This document shows, piece by piece, positions 20,901-32,600 of a stretch of 33,936 nt of DNA (position 1 is the first letter of the stretch; each line of letters opens with the position of its first letter). Source of the DNA: Trichomonas gallinae (taxonomy: Eukaryota). The notes under the pieces were generated by a model. That model saw only the letters and a list, made by a program, of their open reading frames with translations, was not told the DNA's origin and searched no databases. Both the position numbers and the translations under genes were made by a program. The stretch lies in contig MRSU01001970.1 of assembly GCA_008369845.1 (NCBI GenBank), positions 1-33,936 on the forward strand. Reading direction: 5' to 3'.

Positions 20901-22532
20901 ATTTTCAAAGATACAATCCTCGATTTGAAGTATAATATCCATCGCTATTCAACCAGAATATCAATTATCCTTGATAACTTCAATGCTTTAACAATTGGAA
21001 ATTCAGAACAAGGCCCATTTGATGGAATTAAGCAAGTTGTTGAACATGCATCTAAAGCAATTATATGTCGTGATCCTGTTACTCCACCAAAGAAATTCTT
21101 AGACAGCGTTCATTGCTTCTCTGCTCCACAGCAGTTCCATCTTACTCTCGCATTGATGAAGAGATATGCAGAACAAATGTCACAATCTCCTCCTGTTTAT
21201 CCTGATCCATCCGAACCAGTAATGAATCAATTATGGCAAGTTGGTCCTATTGAGTTATACGAAACCTTCTTCTATAAGGCAGGTAATGAAATTGTTCCTT
21301 TAATCTTCCGCAGAATTTATGATCAGAATGAGAAGATAATTGGAGTTGCCGTATTGTTCATGATCATTAATGCAATTTTCACTGCCGTTATTGTGTTTGC
21401 TGCAAAATATGAACATTCTTTCATTAAGTTCTGTTTGGCATTATTCCTTAAATGCCCACCATTGGCAATCTTTGCAAATAACAGAGTTATGGAGTTGTTA
21501 AGTGGAGTTTACGCATTTAAAGTTGAAGATACAATTGAAAGGCACAGCTCATATTATGATGAAGTCGTTAATAAATTAGACATCATTGTCATCGTCGCTA
21601 ATGATGAAACAGGAAAGATATACAGTGTTAACAATGCATTTACAAAAACTTTTGGAATTGAAAATGAAGAAATAGAAACCATGACATTTAATGAATTTTT
21701 GACGAAGGCAAAGTTTGAGTCAACTGATGATATTTCTAAGATTTTCTCCAGCATCATCGATGTCAAATACACAAATGCTAAGGGAGAAAATATTTATCTT
21801 GAATTTTCTTCAGTCACAGTCCAAGGAAGAAGAATTGTTTACGCTGCAAATCAAACACAAAATGTACTGCATGAGAAGCTCATCGCACATGAGAAACAAA
21901 AGTCTGACCAAATGTTGATGTCTATTCTCCCAGCTTCAATGGTTCCAAGAGTTCAGGCAGGAGAGAAGAACATTTCTTTCGCTGTTCAATCAGTTTCTGT
22001 TCTTTTCTTGGACATTGTGTCATTCACTCCTTGGTGCGGCTCGCATGATGCTCACTATGTCATGAGAATGCTTAACATCATGTTTAAGGAATTAGATGCT
22101 CTCACTTCAATGCATAAGACAATGATGAAGATCAAGTGCATTGGTGATTGTTATATGGCAGCAGGTGGTATTTTCGACGAAGTTAATCAGCCAGCTGTTC
22201 ATGCAAGAGAAGTTGTTGACTTTGGCAGAGGTGCTATTAGAACAATACATGACATTAATGAGCGTGAAAACGAGAAGCTACAAATCCGTGTTGGCGTCAA
22301 TACTGGAGGCCCGATTGTTGCAGGTGTCATTGGCACTGAAAAACCAACATTCGAAATTTTAGGCCCAGCCATCAATGTTGCACACGAAATGGAGCATCAT
22401 GGTGTTCCGATGAAAGTTCATATTTCCAGGCCAGTTTATGAATTAGTTTATGGCCAGACCTTTGAAATCAAAGAACGTGGTGAAATTGTTGTCAAAGGCA
22501 GTAAGATGTTCACTTATCTAGTTGAACCATAA
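17901..22532 (+). CDS. Trichomonad transmembrane adenylate/guanylate cyclase (class III), copy 1
   Basis: About 1543 aa with many TM segments and a single C-terminal cyclase domain: FLDIVSFT, KIKCIGDCYMA, IRVGVNTGGPIVAGVIG, KPTFEILGPAINVAHEME. ATG at 17901. Confidence 0.95.
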   Translation: MDDSKFSSAQRADFVSSSPLRFEKLVHIPVTIRIIDSLVNLFNYLDIYGPKIPWIFSIVSVFRFFQLVGGSIMAANINAFKPGTFTYKTMSTVTVLFHMLPVEYRGGNAFALQLVVDLVLDIMAFYLIYTAFRYKSTSVVPAISTWILCMFIAIFPFLLLPIIAQFAAQTTSAMIRGYLPRSPANFSIIGFTLFSILLWLWIIVSSYTKSIVFRPCSFASVQGTPQTRLIITTTMVTFATGLTTYLNRYWSVGCLLLSFFMYLYCSSTVFRCGTFIKEMHQILILSGSIISMCFCLANLYPLFTEKPWGPEIFLIFIVMYGFVFVGSYLFIKNRQRKELRHLDEIEDTGDIKIITPGRFKEMCVTGFTYCHPLCLSYKFFKLAIEEWSEDLEVYCLFTQFLAIYPEQEAQLTMACQNIGAMRNADKILQRSTLTSAANILKTRESNLTPELKNKISKLHKNFIKAKNKLRNVWDLILQGNINEMNTAIKTTKPIIEDCGTQLSFLLMQYPNNRFVARQNCLYLNDIKGDPVEARVAMDNLKKLNRGLKIFRDTVHNLGIEAFPHLPEFCLVNSDSTNDVQTLDSENTGTEEFFQDESLNPEAIEIIHKQIQNHEVPSINFTIWSSITCFIVLVMFPLIGLMVYFRFFRKELEEPVLITEGIAKTRVTLTFLAGYVGRVFLRKVDDPKHPGRQIMDQLDFDNVFKFEAFGGNHQGLDILKYGTGQIPISNAAISNIRKFKPNNPFMNKIRKSLFSNSVNFTLYFTKTDYIKTLSTVTDITYMIATHIGKIYEWKVFDAEHLSGSDSLTARNNNDGALHALDSSLQIMFDYFDDLKLTYNFRFKAVTIVLCAVCFIVYTSIYFAQMKKIRQNRQEILYVLTTLPKTMISNISASFSKLNKGDSVKSEVDLEVNRQEESIVKLFGSISDGAGAANGETVILIFTALIIIFSCISYWIILSGYIETTTKVVGKSSHINHLFGCAAYLYNTMATLFMIALGTYDPIFKDTILDLKYNIHRYSTRISIILDNFNALTIGNSEQGPFDGIKQVVEHASKAIICRDPVTPPKKFLDSVHCFSAPQQFHLTLALMKRYAEQMSQSPPVYPDPSEPVMNQLWQVGPIELYETFFYKAGNEIVPLIFRRIYDQNEKIIGVAVLFMIINAIFTAVIVFAAKYEHSFIKFCLALFLKCPPLAIFANNRVMELLSGVYAFKVEDTIERHSSYYDEVVNKLDIIVIVANDETGKIYSVNNAFTKTFGIENEEIETMTFNEFLTKAKFESTDDISKIFSSIIDVKYTNAKGENIYLEFSSVTVQGRRIVYAANQTQNVLHEKLIAHEKQKSDQMLMSILPASMVPRVQAGEKNISFAVQSVSVLFLDIVSFTPWCGSHDAHYVMRMLNIMFKELDALTSMHKTMMKIKCIGDCYMAAGGIFDEVNQPAVHAREVVDFGRGAIRTIHDINERENEKLQIRVGVNTGGPIVAGVIGTEKPTFEILGPAINVAHEMEHHGVPMKVHISRPVYELVYGQTFEIKERGEIVVKGSKMFTYLVEP

Positions 22533-23864
22533 TGTTTATATATTTAATGCGATTTTGTATAAAAATAAATTCTATATTTATTGAAATGCAGATATTTTTT
22601 TGCCTTCTCTTATCTGCATGATTTAGACAAAGATTTGACGAAAATCAGAACAATAGCCAAATTGAAAAGGCTCGTCGGAAATGTTAGATAATTACAGGAA
22701 ATTCCAAGATAACCATAAGAACTATTATTTGTTCTGACAAAAGTAATTTCAATGTTGATATTGTCATGTAAATTATTCAATTTGTCATGTAACGTATTGA
22801 CTCATTTTCTCGTTAGGATGAAATATTCTATTCGGAGACAGCTGAAGCTCGAGTATATCGAAAGATATCGAATAAATAATTTCAATAATTAAAATTTGTA
22901 AATATTTTGACGATAGCGCATTATTTGGTCAAAGCGGTGTCTCAATTGAATTCTTGGCAAAATTTATTTTAATAGCCAGCCGCATATTAGTTCTATGTAT
23001 AAAGATGTATATGGTAATATTATATCGCTAAAATTTGAAAATAATGATTTGTGGTAATGAGCAAAATAACCTCTTGTTCATTTTTTGTTTAATTTCACCA
23101 TACTCATGCTGCATTCCCATTGAAATCATTATATATGGATTTATTTGAAAGAAATGTACAATCAAGTTAGTTTACAAGATCGTTAGTTGGTTCTTGTATT
23201 ATCTGATGGGAATCGATTTTAATAAAGATATTATGTAATCATCATCAAAAAAATTTAAGAACGATAGATTCTTAATTTTGGAAAAATTAAGACATTTTAT
23301 TTTTTTGAAATATCGATCATTCTATGCTTCAGAAACAATATTCACAAGAACGTTAACCGCGTTATCAAAAGTAGTTTTATTTTTTTCAAAGAAAAAATGC
23401 GATTATTTTGAGACGCAAAAATATTTATTAACACTCAACAATGCCAATGGAACTATTTTAATTCAAATATCTAGTGAAGAAATTTTGAATAGCAGAGAAA
23501 ATATTGAATAATTCATATTTGATTTTTCTATACTGTTAAAAAATTCGATTATTAAACTAATAATTATAATGATTCAGTTACATTTCTATTATAACTTAAA
23601 CGTATTTATCGCTGGTATAGTCATTCAATATCATTGAAATTTATACTGAAATATTTAAAGCAATTATTTTTCGATATTAGAATATATCTGATGAATTCTA
23701 GTATTTTAATAATGAATAATTTTCAATTATTTGAGTAAGACTCAAAATTAGCCTATTTGAATTATCTTTCCCATTAAATCGAAGTATTAGACGTATTAAG
23801 TAAGTAATCTCGATAACGCAAAACAGAATTGAAAGTGAAAAAATTGAATAAATTATTAAGCCAT

Positions 23865-23876
23865 GGTCATATCATT
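23865..23876 (+). promoter_or_regulatory. Inr region of cyclase copy 2
   Basis: GGTCATATCATTTTCTTTTT-ATG, with tandem TCATA/TCATT. Confidence 0.6.
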
Positions 23877-23884
23877 TTCTTTTT

Positions 23885-26800
23885 ATGGAGGAATCTAAGT
23901 CCTCTTCAACTGCACATTCTGAGAACTTCCTTTCATCCTCACCTATGAGATTTGAAAAGCTGATTCACATTCCATTGTCAACAAAGATAATCGATTCACT
24001 CGTAAACTTGTTTAATTATTTAGATATATACGGGCCAAAGATGCCACTGGTATACGATGTTGTATCCATATTCAGATTCTTCCAACTCATGGGTGGATCA
24101 ACTATGGCTGCAAATAAAAACTCGTTTAAGCCAGGAACGCTGGCGTACGAAACAGCAAGTGTACTTACAATACTGTTCCACATATTACCAGTTAAATATA
24201 GAAGAGGAAGTGCAAATATAATGCAATTCGTGATAGATGGCATTTTACTTTCCATGGCGGCATTCTTGATATTTACAGCGTTCAGATACAAGTTTACGTC
24301 AAAAGTTCCTGCCATTTCCACTATGTTGCTATCCATATTCATGGCCATTGGTCCATTTTTGTTATTACCAGTTGCTGTTCAGTTCCAAGGACAGAATATT
24401 TCCGGCTTGATTCGAGGAATTTCAGAGAAAAATGCACAGAACATTGTTGCTGATGCTTTAACCGGATTCACAGTCTTTCTTTGGCTTTGGATCATTATAT
24501 CTGCTTACACAAAATCAATCGTGTTCAGACCATGCTCATTGCCAGCTGTCCAAGGTAAACCACAGACAAAGCTGATCATTACATCAACTGCTGTTACATT
24601 CATAACTAGCTTGACAACTTACTCAAATAAAATCATTTCAGCTGTATGCTTAATTACTGGATGTCTTTTGTATGTATACTGCGCAACAACAGTTTTCAGA
24701 TGCGGAACTTTTATCAAATCATTCCACCAAATTTTAATCTTATCGGGATGTATCATTGGTATGTTTTTCTGCATTGGCAGCTTTTATCCATTATTCACTC
24801 ATAATCCTTGGGGTCCAGACGCATTCCTTATTTTTGGAGCCTTTTATATTGTTATTTGTTTCTGTTGCTACTATTACATCAAAAACAGACAAAAAAGAGA
24901 ATTGAGACTTCTCGATGAAATAGAAGAAACAAATGATATATCAGTTATCACACCTGGAAAATTCAAGCAGATGACAGTCACAGGATTCACATTTTGCCAT
25001 CCATTGTGCCTTTCTTTCAAGTTATTTAAGCTCGCTATTGAAGAATGGCGCGATGAACTTGATGTATTTTGCATTTACACAAAGTTTCTCTCAATCTACC
25101 CAGAGCAGGAATCTCAGTTAGCAATCATTTGCCAAAGCATTGCTACAATGAAAACAAACAACAAAATATTGCAAAGATCAACATTAGCAAGTGCTGCAAA
25201 CATTTTGAAGACGCGTGAAACAAGCTTGACAACCGAATTGAAGAGCAAGATCTCCAAGCTCCAAAAAGTCTTTGTCAAGGCTAAAAACAAACTTAGAAAC
25301 TGCTGGGATTTGATTCTTCAAGGAAACATCGTTGAAATGCACCAGGCAATTAAACAGACAAAGCCACTCATAGAACAATGCGGCGTTGAAATGTCATTTC
25401 TGCTCATGCAATATCCAAACAACAGATTTGTTGCACGCCAAAATGTTATGTACTTGAATGATGTTAAATGCGATCCAATTGAAGCAAATAAAGCAATCGA
25501 AAATATTAAGAAGATCAACAGAGGAATCAAAATCATGCCAGACACAGTTCATTGCCTCGGAATGGCAGCATTTCCGGATCTTCCTGAATATTCATTAACA
25601 AAAAGCGAATCTAGCACGGAAACGAAGATACTTGATAACGAGAATTATGGCACAGAAGAGCTTTCCGTAGATGACACGTTTAATATTGACGCTATTGAAG
25701 CAATCAATAAACAGATAAAGAATCATAAAGTTCCAGCAATTAGATTTGCAATTTGGTCATCAATAATTTGTTATTTAGCACTCGTTGTTGTTCCATTAGT
25801 AGGTCTTATGGTCTATTTCCAGTTCTTTAGAAAAGAATTACAAGAACCTGTCATCATCACTGAAGGAATTGCAAAAACAGAAGTTACATTGTCGGTTTTA
25901 TCCGGTTATGTTGGCAGAATTTTCTTCAGAAGAGTCGATGATCCAAAGCACCATGGAAAGAAAATCATGGACAAGCTCGATATCGATTATGACTTCGACT
26001 ATAATGCATTTGGTGGATTCCACAGAGCTATTGATATCTTAAAATACGGTACAACTCAAATTGCTGTATCAAATGCAAAAATCTCTAATATCAGAAAATT
26101 CAAACCGGATGATCCTCGCATGAACAAAATTAGGAAATTACTATTCTCCAAAAATCAGAATTTCACATTATACTTCACAAAATATGATTACCATACTACA
26201 CAAGCATCAGTGAACGAGATTACTTACATGATTGCAAACCATATCGGAAAAATGTATGATTGGGGCTCTGAGAAAGGTCAATTTTGGTCACTTGATAAAA
26301 TACTAAGTTCAGAATCATTGACAGCAAGACATAATGATGATGGATCATTGCAGGCAATGGGCAAATCTCTTGATATTATGTTTGAATATTTCGATGAATT
26401 GAAGAAAACTTATATCTTATCATTCCGAACACTGACAATTACTCTCTGCAGTTTGTGCGTTTTAACATATTCCATTGTTTTTGTCGCGCAGAACAAAAAG
26501 ATCCGAAATAACAGACACGAAATATTATATATTTTAACGACATTGCCAAAGACAATGATATCAAACATTTCTGCATCATTTTCTAAACTTAACAAAGGTG
26601 AAACAACAAATAAAACCGATTCAGATTTAGAAATCAACAGACAAGAGGAATCAATCATCAAGCTCTTTGGTTCTATCTCTGATGGCTCTAGTGCAAGTGC
26701 CGAGATTGCTGCAATGCTTGTCACTGGAATGATTGTTATCTTTAGTTGTCTTGCTTATTATTTGATATTGAATGACTATATTAAAACAACATCAAAGGTA

Positions 26801-28534
26801 GTCGGAAAAACAGCGCATATCAATCATCTTTATGGTTGCGCAGCTTACTTATATAATACCATGGCAACATTATTCAAAATTGCTCTCGCAAAGTATCATC
26901 CAGTATTTGAGGATACAATTGTAGATCTTGATGGCGAAATCAATAACTATGTGAAAAGGGTTCCATTAATCATCAATTACTTCAATGCTCTCGATTTTGG
27001 TAACCCAGAACAAGGTCCATTCGATGGCTTAAATGATGTTATAGAATATGCAACCAAAGCGATTGTCTGTCATGGAAAATTAGAGCCACCTAAAAAGTTC
27101 TTAGCCAGTGTACATTGCTTCTCTGCTCCTCAGCAGCTGCATCTTGCTGTTGCTCTGATGAAGAAATATGGATCTGAAATGACACAAGAACATCCTATTT
27201 GGCCAGATCCTCATAAGAAGCTCATGAGCCAACTTTGGCAGGTAGGGCCAATGGAGTTGTATGAAGTTTTCTTCTATAAAGCAGGTAATGAGATTGTTCC
27301 ATTAATTTTCAAGAGAATTAATGAACAACAATCTAGAATCATAGCTCAGGCTGTAATATTCATGATAATTAATGCTTTGTTGACTGCAGTTGTTATTACT
27401 GCTGCAAAATATGAAAATGAATTCTTTAAATTCTGTTTGAGATTATTCCTCAGATGCCCACCAATGTCTATATTCTCAAATCACCGGGTTATGAACTTGT
27501 TAAGCGGAAATTATAACACGAAAATAGAAGATGCTATAGATAGGCATAGTTCTTATTATAATGAAGTAGTTAACAAATTGGATGTTATCGTTATCGTTGC
27601 AAGTGATGAAACAAGGAAGATTATCGATGTCAACAATGCTTTCACTCAAATGTTTGAAATCGAAAACGAAGTAGCACAAAATCTAGCATTTGATAGCTTT
27701 TTGGCCAAAGTTAATTTCGAGTCAGATGATGAAATTTCTAAAGTTTTCTCTAGCGTTATCAATGTCAAGTACAGAAATGCAAAAGGAGAAATCGTTTATC
27801 TTGAGTTTTCTTCTGTCTCTTGTTCTGGGAGAAGAATCATTTATGCAACAAATCAAACACAAAACGTGTTGCATGAGAAACTTATTGACGACGAAAAGAA
27901 GAAGTCAGACAGGATGCTTTCTTCGATTCTTCCAGCATCAATGGTTCCAAGAGTTCAGGCTGGAGAGAAGAACATCTCATTTGCTGTCCAATCGGTTACA
28001 GTTTTGTTCTTGGATATTGTATCTTTCACTCCATGGTGCGGTTCACATGATGCCCAGTACGTAATGAGGATGCTGAACATCATGTTCAAGGAATTAGATG
28101 CTGTAACCGCTGCACACAAGTCTATGATGAAAATCAAATGCATTGGTGATTGTTACATGGCAGCAGGTGGTATTTTCGATGAAGTAAATCAACCTGCTGT
28201 TCATGCTAAAGAAGTTGTTGATTTTGGCCGTTTGGCAATTCTTAAATTGCTTGAAATAGATGAACGCGAAAATGAAAAATTGCAAATTCGTGTTGGTATC
28301 AATACAGGAGGTCCAATCGTTGCAGGTGTCATTGGAACAGAGAAACCAACATTCGAAATCCTTGGACCTGCAATCAATGTTGCCCATGAGATGGAACATC
28401 ACGGTGTTCCAATGAAAGTACATATTTCAAGACCAGTATACGAATTGATTTATGGACAACAATTCGAGATTAAAGAGCGCGGAGAAATTGATGTTAAGGG
28501 AGGAAAAATGTTCACATATTTGGTCGACCCATAG
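23885..28534 (+). CDS. Trichomonad transmembrane adenylate/guanylate cyclase (class III), copy 2
   Basis: 1549-aa ORF collinear with copy 1 along its whole length, with the same cyclase motifs. Confidence 0.95.
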   Translation: MEESKSSSTAHSENFLSSSPMRFEKLIHIPLSTKIIDSLVNLFNYLDIYGPKMPLVYDVVSIFRFFQLMGGSTMAANKNSFKPGTLAYETASVLTILFHILPVKYRRGSANIMQFVIDGILLSMAAFLIFTAFRYKFTSKVPAISTMLLSIFMAIGPFLLLPVAVQFQGQNISGLIRGISEKNAQNIVADALTGFTVFLWLWIIISAYTKSIVFRPCSLPAVQGKPQTKLIITSTAVTFITSLTTYSNKIISAVCLITGCLLYVYCATTVFRCGTFIKSFHQILILSGCIIGMFFCIGSFYPLFTHNPWGPDAFLIFGAFYIVICFCCYYYIKNRQKRELRLLDEIEETNDISVITPGKFKQMTVTGFTFCHPLCLSFKLFKLAIEEWRDELDVFCIYTKFLSIYPEQESQLAIICQSIATMKTNNKILQRSTLASAANILKTRETSLTTELKSKISKLQKVFVKAKNKLRNCWDLILQGNIVEMHQAIKQTKPLIEQCGVEMSFLLMQYPNNRFVARQNVMYLNDVKCDPIEANKAIENIKKINRGIKIMPDTVHCLGMAAFPDLPEYSLTKSESSTETKILDNENYGTEELSVDDTFNIDAIEAINKQIKNHKVPAIRFAIWSSIICYLALVVVPLVGLMVYFQFFRKELQEPVIITEGIAKTEVTLSVLSGYVGRIFFRRVDDPKHHGKKIMDKLDIDYDFDYNAFGGFHRAIDILKYGTTQIAVSNAKISNIRKFKPDDPRMNKIRKLLFSKNQNFTLYFTKYDYHTTQASVNEITYMIANHIGKMYDWGSEKGQFWSLDKILSSESLTARHNDDGSLQAMGKSLDIMFEYFDELKKTYILSFRTLTITLCSLCVLTYSIVFVAQNKKIRNNRHEILYILTTLPKTMISNISASFSKLNKGETTNKTDSDLEINRQEESIIKLFGSISDGSSASAEIAAMLVTGMIVIFSCLAYYLILNDYIKTTSKVVGKTAHINHLYGCAAYLYNTMATLFKIALAKYHPVFEDTIVDLDGEINNYVKRVPLIINYFNALDFGNPEQGPFDGLNDVIEYATKAIVCHGKLEPPKKFLASVHCFSAPQQLHLAVALMKKYGSEMTQEHPIWPDPHKKLMSQLWQVGPMELYEVFFYKAGNEIVPLIFKRINEQQSRIIAQAVIFMIINALLTAVVITAAKYENEFFKFCLRLFLRCPPMSIFSNHRVMNLLSGNYNTKIEDAIDRHSSYYNEVVNKLDVIVIVASDETRKIIDVNNAFTQMFEIENEVAQNLAFDSFLAKVNFESDDEISKVFSSVINVKYRNAKGEIVYLEFSSVSCSGRRIIYATNQTQNVLHEKLIDDEKKKSDRMLSSILPASMVPRVQAGEKNISFAVQSVTVLFLDIVSFTPWCGSHDAQYVMRMLNIMFKELDAVTAAHKSMMKIKCIGDCYMAAGGIFDEVNQPAVHAKEVVDFGRLAILKLLEIDERENEKLQIRVGINTGGPIVAGVIGTEKPTFEILGPAINVAHEMEHHGVPMKVHISRPVYELIYGQQFEIKERGEIDVKGGKMFTYLVDP

Positions 28535-29602
28535 CTTTTTAGAACCTTATCAAAAGTGTTATTAATTTTACTGTAATATAAATTGTTTTTCTATGTTTAT
28601 TAATTTTTTATGATTTTTAAATTTTACGACGATAGAAAATAATTTTTACATAAAAATTTAGCCGAATGATAGGTAAACGCAGCATCCATAAATGCTCTAT
28701 AAACAATGATTTATATTTCTGAAATGGCGAATTTATTCCGACAACAAAACCTTGACAGCAGAAAACAGGTTTTCATTTGATCATTGGACTACGTTTACCA
28801 TGAATGAATCATATACTTGCTCAGTTGAGTAACTGCTGATTGATAAATTCCAAAATTTTATTTATGAATTTTTATCCCATTATGAAATCAAAAATATAAC
28901 CGATATATAAAATATATCAAACGATTATATAACATAAAAATCTTTTAACGATTATATTCGAAGTTTTTTTAACGAAATCATTTTATTTTTTATAAACCGT
29001 CTCGTTCGAGCATCAGCAGGATTGATATGACTAAATATTTATTTAATTTTTTTCAAAGAAAATTATGCAATTTTATCTATCTATAATAACGTCATAAAAT
29101 CAATCAACGGGGTCAACAATATCACTTTGTGTTAAATCAAGCGTAGCAAATTTTCAATTCGCTCTCAAAATTGTATCTTTATCTGTGCATAAATTATTAA
29201 AAATTAAAACCATAAAGTGATACAGATTATCATATATTGCTTTTCAGATATGTCAGAATTTAAACGTCTTTATCGTTAATATAACATTTAAAATTAATTT
29301 TCAATTAATTTTTTTTGACATTGACTTTTCGTTATTTAAGTTTTTCGTTTTTAATATTCACCATGATGAGTATTACAAAATTAATTCGATTGTCATTCAA
29401 AAATGTAGAAAAATCAAATGATATCGATTTATACAGGAGCCAATGTAGATGATAAATATCAAAAGTTGTAAAAATAGATTTTAATGCTTCAGAAAAATTG
29501 AATTAGGCGAAAAGGTTTAAAGGATAATGAAAATATCACTTATAGGTGATTTGGCGAACATCATCATAAATTTTTAGAAAATTCCATTGAATTTAGGTGA
29601 TC

Positions 29603-29615
29603 GTCATTTATCATT
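29603..29615 (+). promoter_or_regulatory. Inr region of cyclase copy 3
   Basis: GTCATTTATCATTTTCCCTAA-ATG, with tandem TCATT. Confidence 0.6.
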
Positions 29616-29623
29616 TTCCCTAA

Positions 29624-32600
29624 ATGGATGATAACAAATATTCGACATCCATGCAAACGATTGACTTCTTATCTTCCTCTCCGTTGAAGTTTGAAAAACT
29701 TATACATATCCCAATCACTACAAAGATTATTGACTCATTGATTAATCTTTTCAACTATTTAGATATTTACGGACCAAAAATGCCGCTTGTATATAGCATT
29801 GTCTCGGTAATTCGAATCTTTCAACTCGTTGGTGGAGCTTTTATGTCCGCAAATACCAACGTTTTCAAACAAAAATCTCTTGCATGGTATGTAATGAGTA
29901 AGATGACATTCTTCTTCCACATATTACCAGTCGAAGTCAGAAGAAGAAAAGCATGGATAATTCAATTATCAATAGACTTCATTTTGCTTATAATGGCTAT
30001 TTATTTGATTGTTACAGCATTCAGCTATAAGTCAACATCAAAAGTTCCGGCCATTTCCACATTTTTACTTTCCGTATTCATGGCCATTGGCCCGTTTTTG
30101 TTATTACCAGTCGCTGTGCAGTTCCAAGGACAGAATGTTGCAGGACAAATAAGTGGAAAATCATATAGAGACTTCAAAAACATTGGAGCCGACGTTTTCA
30201 CATTTCTGATGGTAATTCTTTGGCTGTGGATCATTATTGCAGCTTTCACTAAGAATATCGTGTTCAGGCCATGCTCCTTAGCATCCGTTCAAGGTAAACC
30301 GCAGACAAGGCTCATTTTGACGTCCACAGCTGTCACCTTTATCACCGGTTTTACGACTTACTCTTCAAAATACGTTTCTGTTATAGGCCTCGCTCTTTGC
30401 GTCTTCATATACATCTATGGTGCAACAACGGTCTTCGGCTGCGGAACTTTCATCAAAGAGTCGCATCAAACTCTTGTTCTCACAGGATGTTTCGCTGGCA
30501 TGATTCTTTGCGCAGTCAATATTTATCCACTCCTTTATCCTCATCCATGGGGAATAGAGTTCTTTGCTATCTTTGCAGGCGTTTTTCTTGTTCTTTGGAT
30601 AGGCTGTTATCTCTTCGTCAAGGGTAGGTCGCGGAAAGACTTAATCATTCTCGACGAAATCGAAGAAACAGAAGACATCACAATAATCAAGCCAAACAAA
30701 TTCAAACAGATGTGCGTCCCTGGCTACACTTACGCCCATCCATTATGCGTATCTTTTAAGTTCTTCAAGCTCGCTATTCAAGAGTGGACTAATGAGATCG
30801 AAATCTTCTGCATGTACACGAAATTCCTTGCAGTTTATCCAGAGCAAGAATCACAATTGGCTCTAATTTGCTCTCATATCGCACAAATGAAGAAGACGAA
30901 TGAAACACTTCAGAGATCAACATTAGCAAGTGCAGCACATATCTTGAAGACACGTGAAACAAAGCTCACTCCAGATCTGAAGAGCCAGATTGCTAAACTT
31001 CAAAAGCTTTTCATGAAGACCAAGAATAAAGTCAGAAACTTCTGGGATTTGGTTCTTCAAGGAAACGTTAACGAAATGCATCAATCTGTACAACATGCTA
31101 AACCACTCGTCGAAGAATGTGGTGTTGAAATGTCTTTCTTAATGATGCAGTATCCAAGCAATAGATTCGTCTTACGTCAATATATTATTTTCTGTAAAAC
31201 AGTCAGATGTGATCCACTCGAATCAAATAAAGCCATCGAGAATCTCAAAAAGCTCAACAGAGGAATTGAAATCATCCCTGATACAGTTCACAGTCTCGGC
31301 ATGGCTGCTTTTCCAAATCTCCCAGAGTATTCCATCACAACAACAGAATCGCTTAACGAGATTAAGACAATGGACTCAGAAAACTGGGGAACAGAAGAGA
31401 ATATAACTTGCGACGAATTAAATATCGAAGCTCTCGAGGCTCTCAACAAGCAAGTTAGAAATCATAAAGTTCCTGCAATCACTTTTATCATTTCATCAAC
31501 AATCATTTGCTATTTGTCACTTGTTGTTATCCCATTAGCTGCTTTAATGATTTACTTCTCATTCTTTAAGACAGAAATGAAAGAACCAATTATTATTACA
31601 GAAGGTATCGCGAAAACAAGTGTCACATTGGCTGTTTTATCTGGTTATGCTGGTAGAATATTCTTTAGAAGACTAGATGATCCTCATAATACTGGGCATC
31701 CAATTATGGATCCTCTTGATTTCGATTACAAATTCAATTTCACTGCTTTCGGAGGAAATAGTAAGGATATTGATATCTTAAAATATTGCACAACTCAAAT
31801 ACCAGTTTCTAATGCTGCAATCTCTCAAATAAGAAAATTCAAGCCAAATAATCCATATATGAATCAAATTAGAAACTTTCTGTTTACAAACTCGATTAAT
31901 TTCACGTTATACTTCAACCAAACAGATTACGTCAAAAGACTTTCATCTGTGACAGAAATAACTTACATGGTTTCAAATCACATTGGAAAGTTTTATGATT
32001 GGGGTACAGCAGAAGGCCAAATGTGGACCGTTGAGAATGTGTTAAGTTCAGATTCATTGACAGCAAGACACAATACTGACGGATCATTGAGAGCAATGGG
32101 AAAATCTCTTGATCTGATGTACGTATATTATGGTAATTTCAAAGATACTTATATCCTTACATTCAAAATAACTATTGTTGTTCTTTCTGCTATTTGTATT
32201 ATAGTATACATAACAATATACTTTGTACAGCTGAAGAAATTACGAAAGAATAGATACGAAATTTTATATATTCTAACAACACTACCGAAAACAATGATTT
32301 CTAATATTTCATCATCTTTCTCCAAAGTAAATAATGCTGGAGATTCAGTTAAAACAGAAACAGATGCAGATGTCAATAGACAGGAAGAGTCTATTGTTAA
32401 GCTCTTTGGTTCTATAACAGATGGCGCCGGTGCAAGTTCCGAAATGGGGGCATTAATGGTATTTTCATTGATGATCATAATCTGCTGTGTTTCTTACTAC
32501 ACTATATTATCAGATTATATTGACTTAACAGAGAAAGTTGTAGGAAAATCATCACATATTTATCACCTATATGGATGCGCAGCTTATCTTTATAGCGTCA

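Noticed and set aside
28898..28958. AACGATTATAT direct repeat resembling Myb-recognition elements upstream of cyclase 3
   Set aside because: Imperfect match to the known MRE consensus, about 700 bp from the ATG, and plausible by chance in AT-rich DNA.
29489..29567. Minus-strand box C (ATGATGA) ... box D (CTGA) spaced like a C/D snoRNA
   Set aside because: No convincing terminal stem or recognisable rRNA-complementary guide, and it lies antisense in a promoter. A snoscan search would be needed to revive it.
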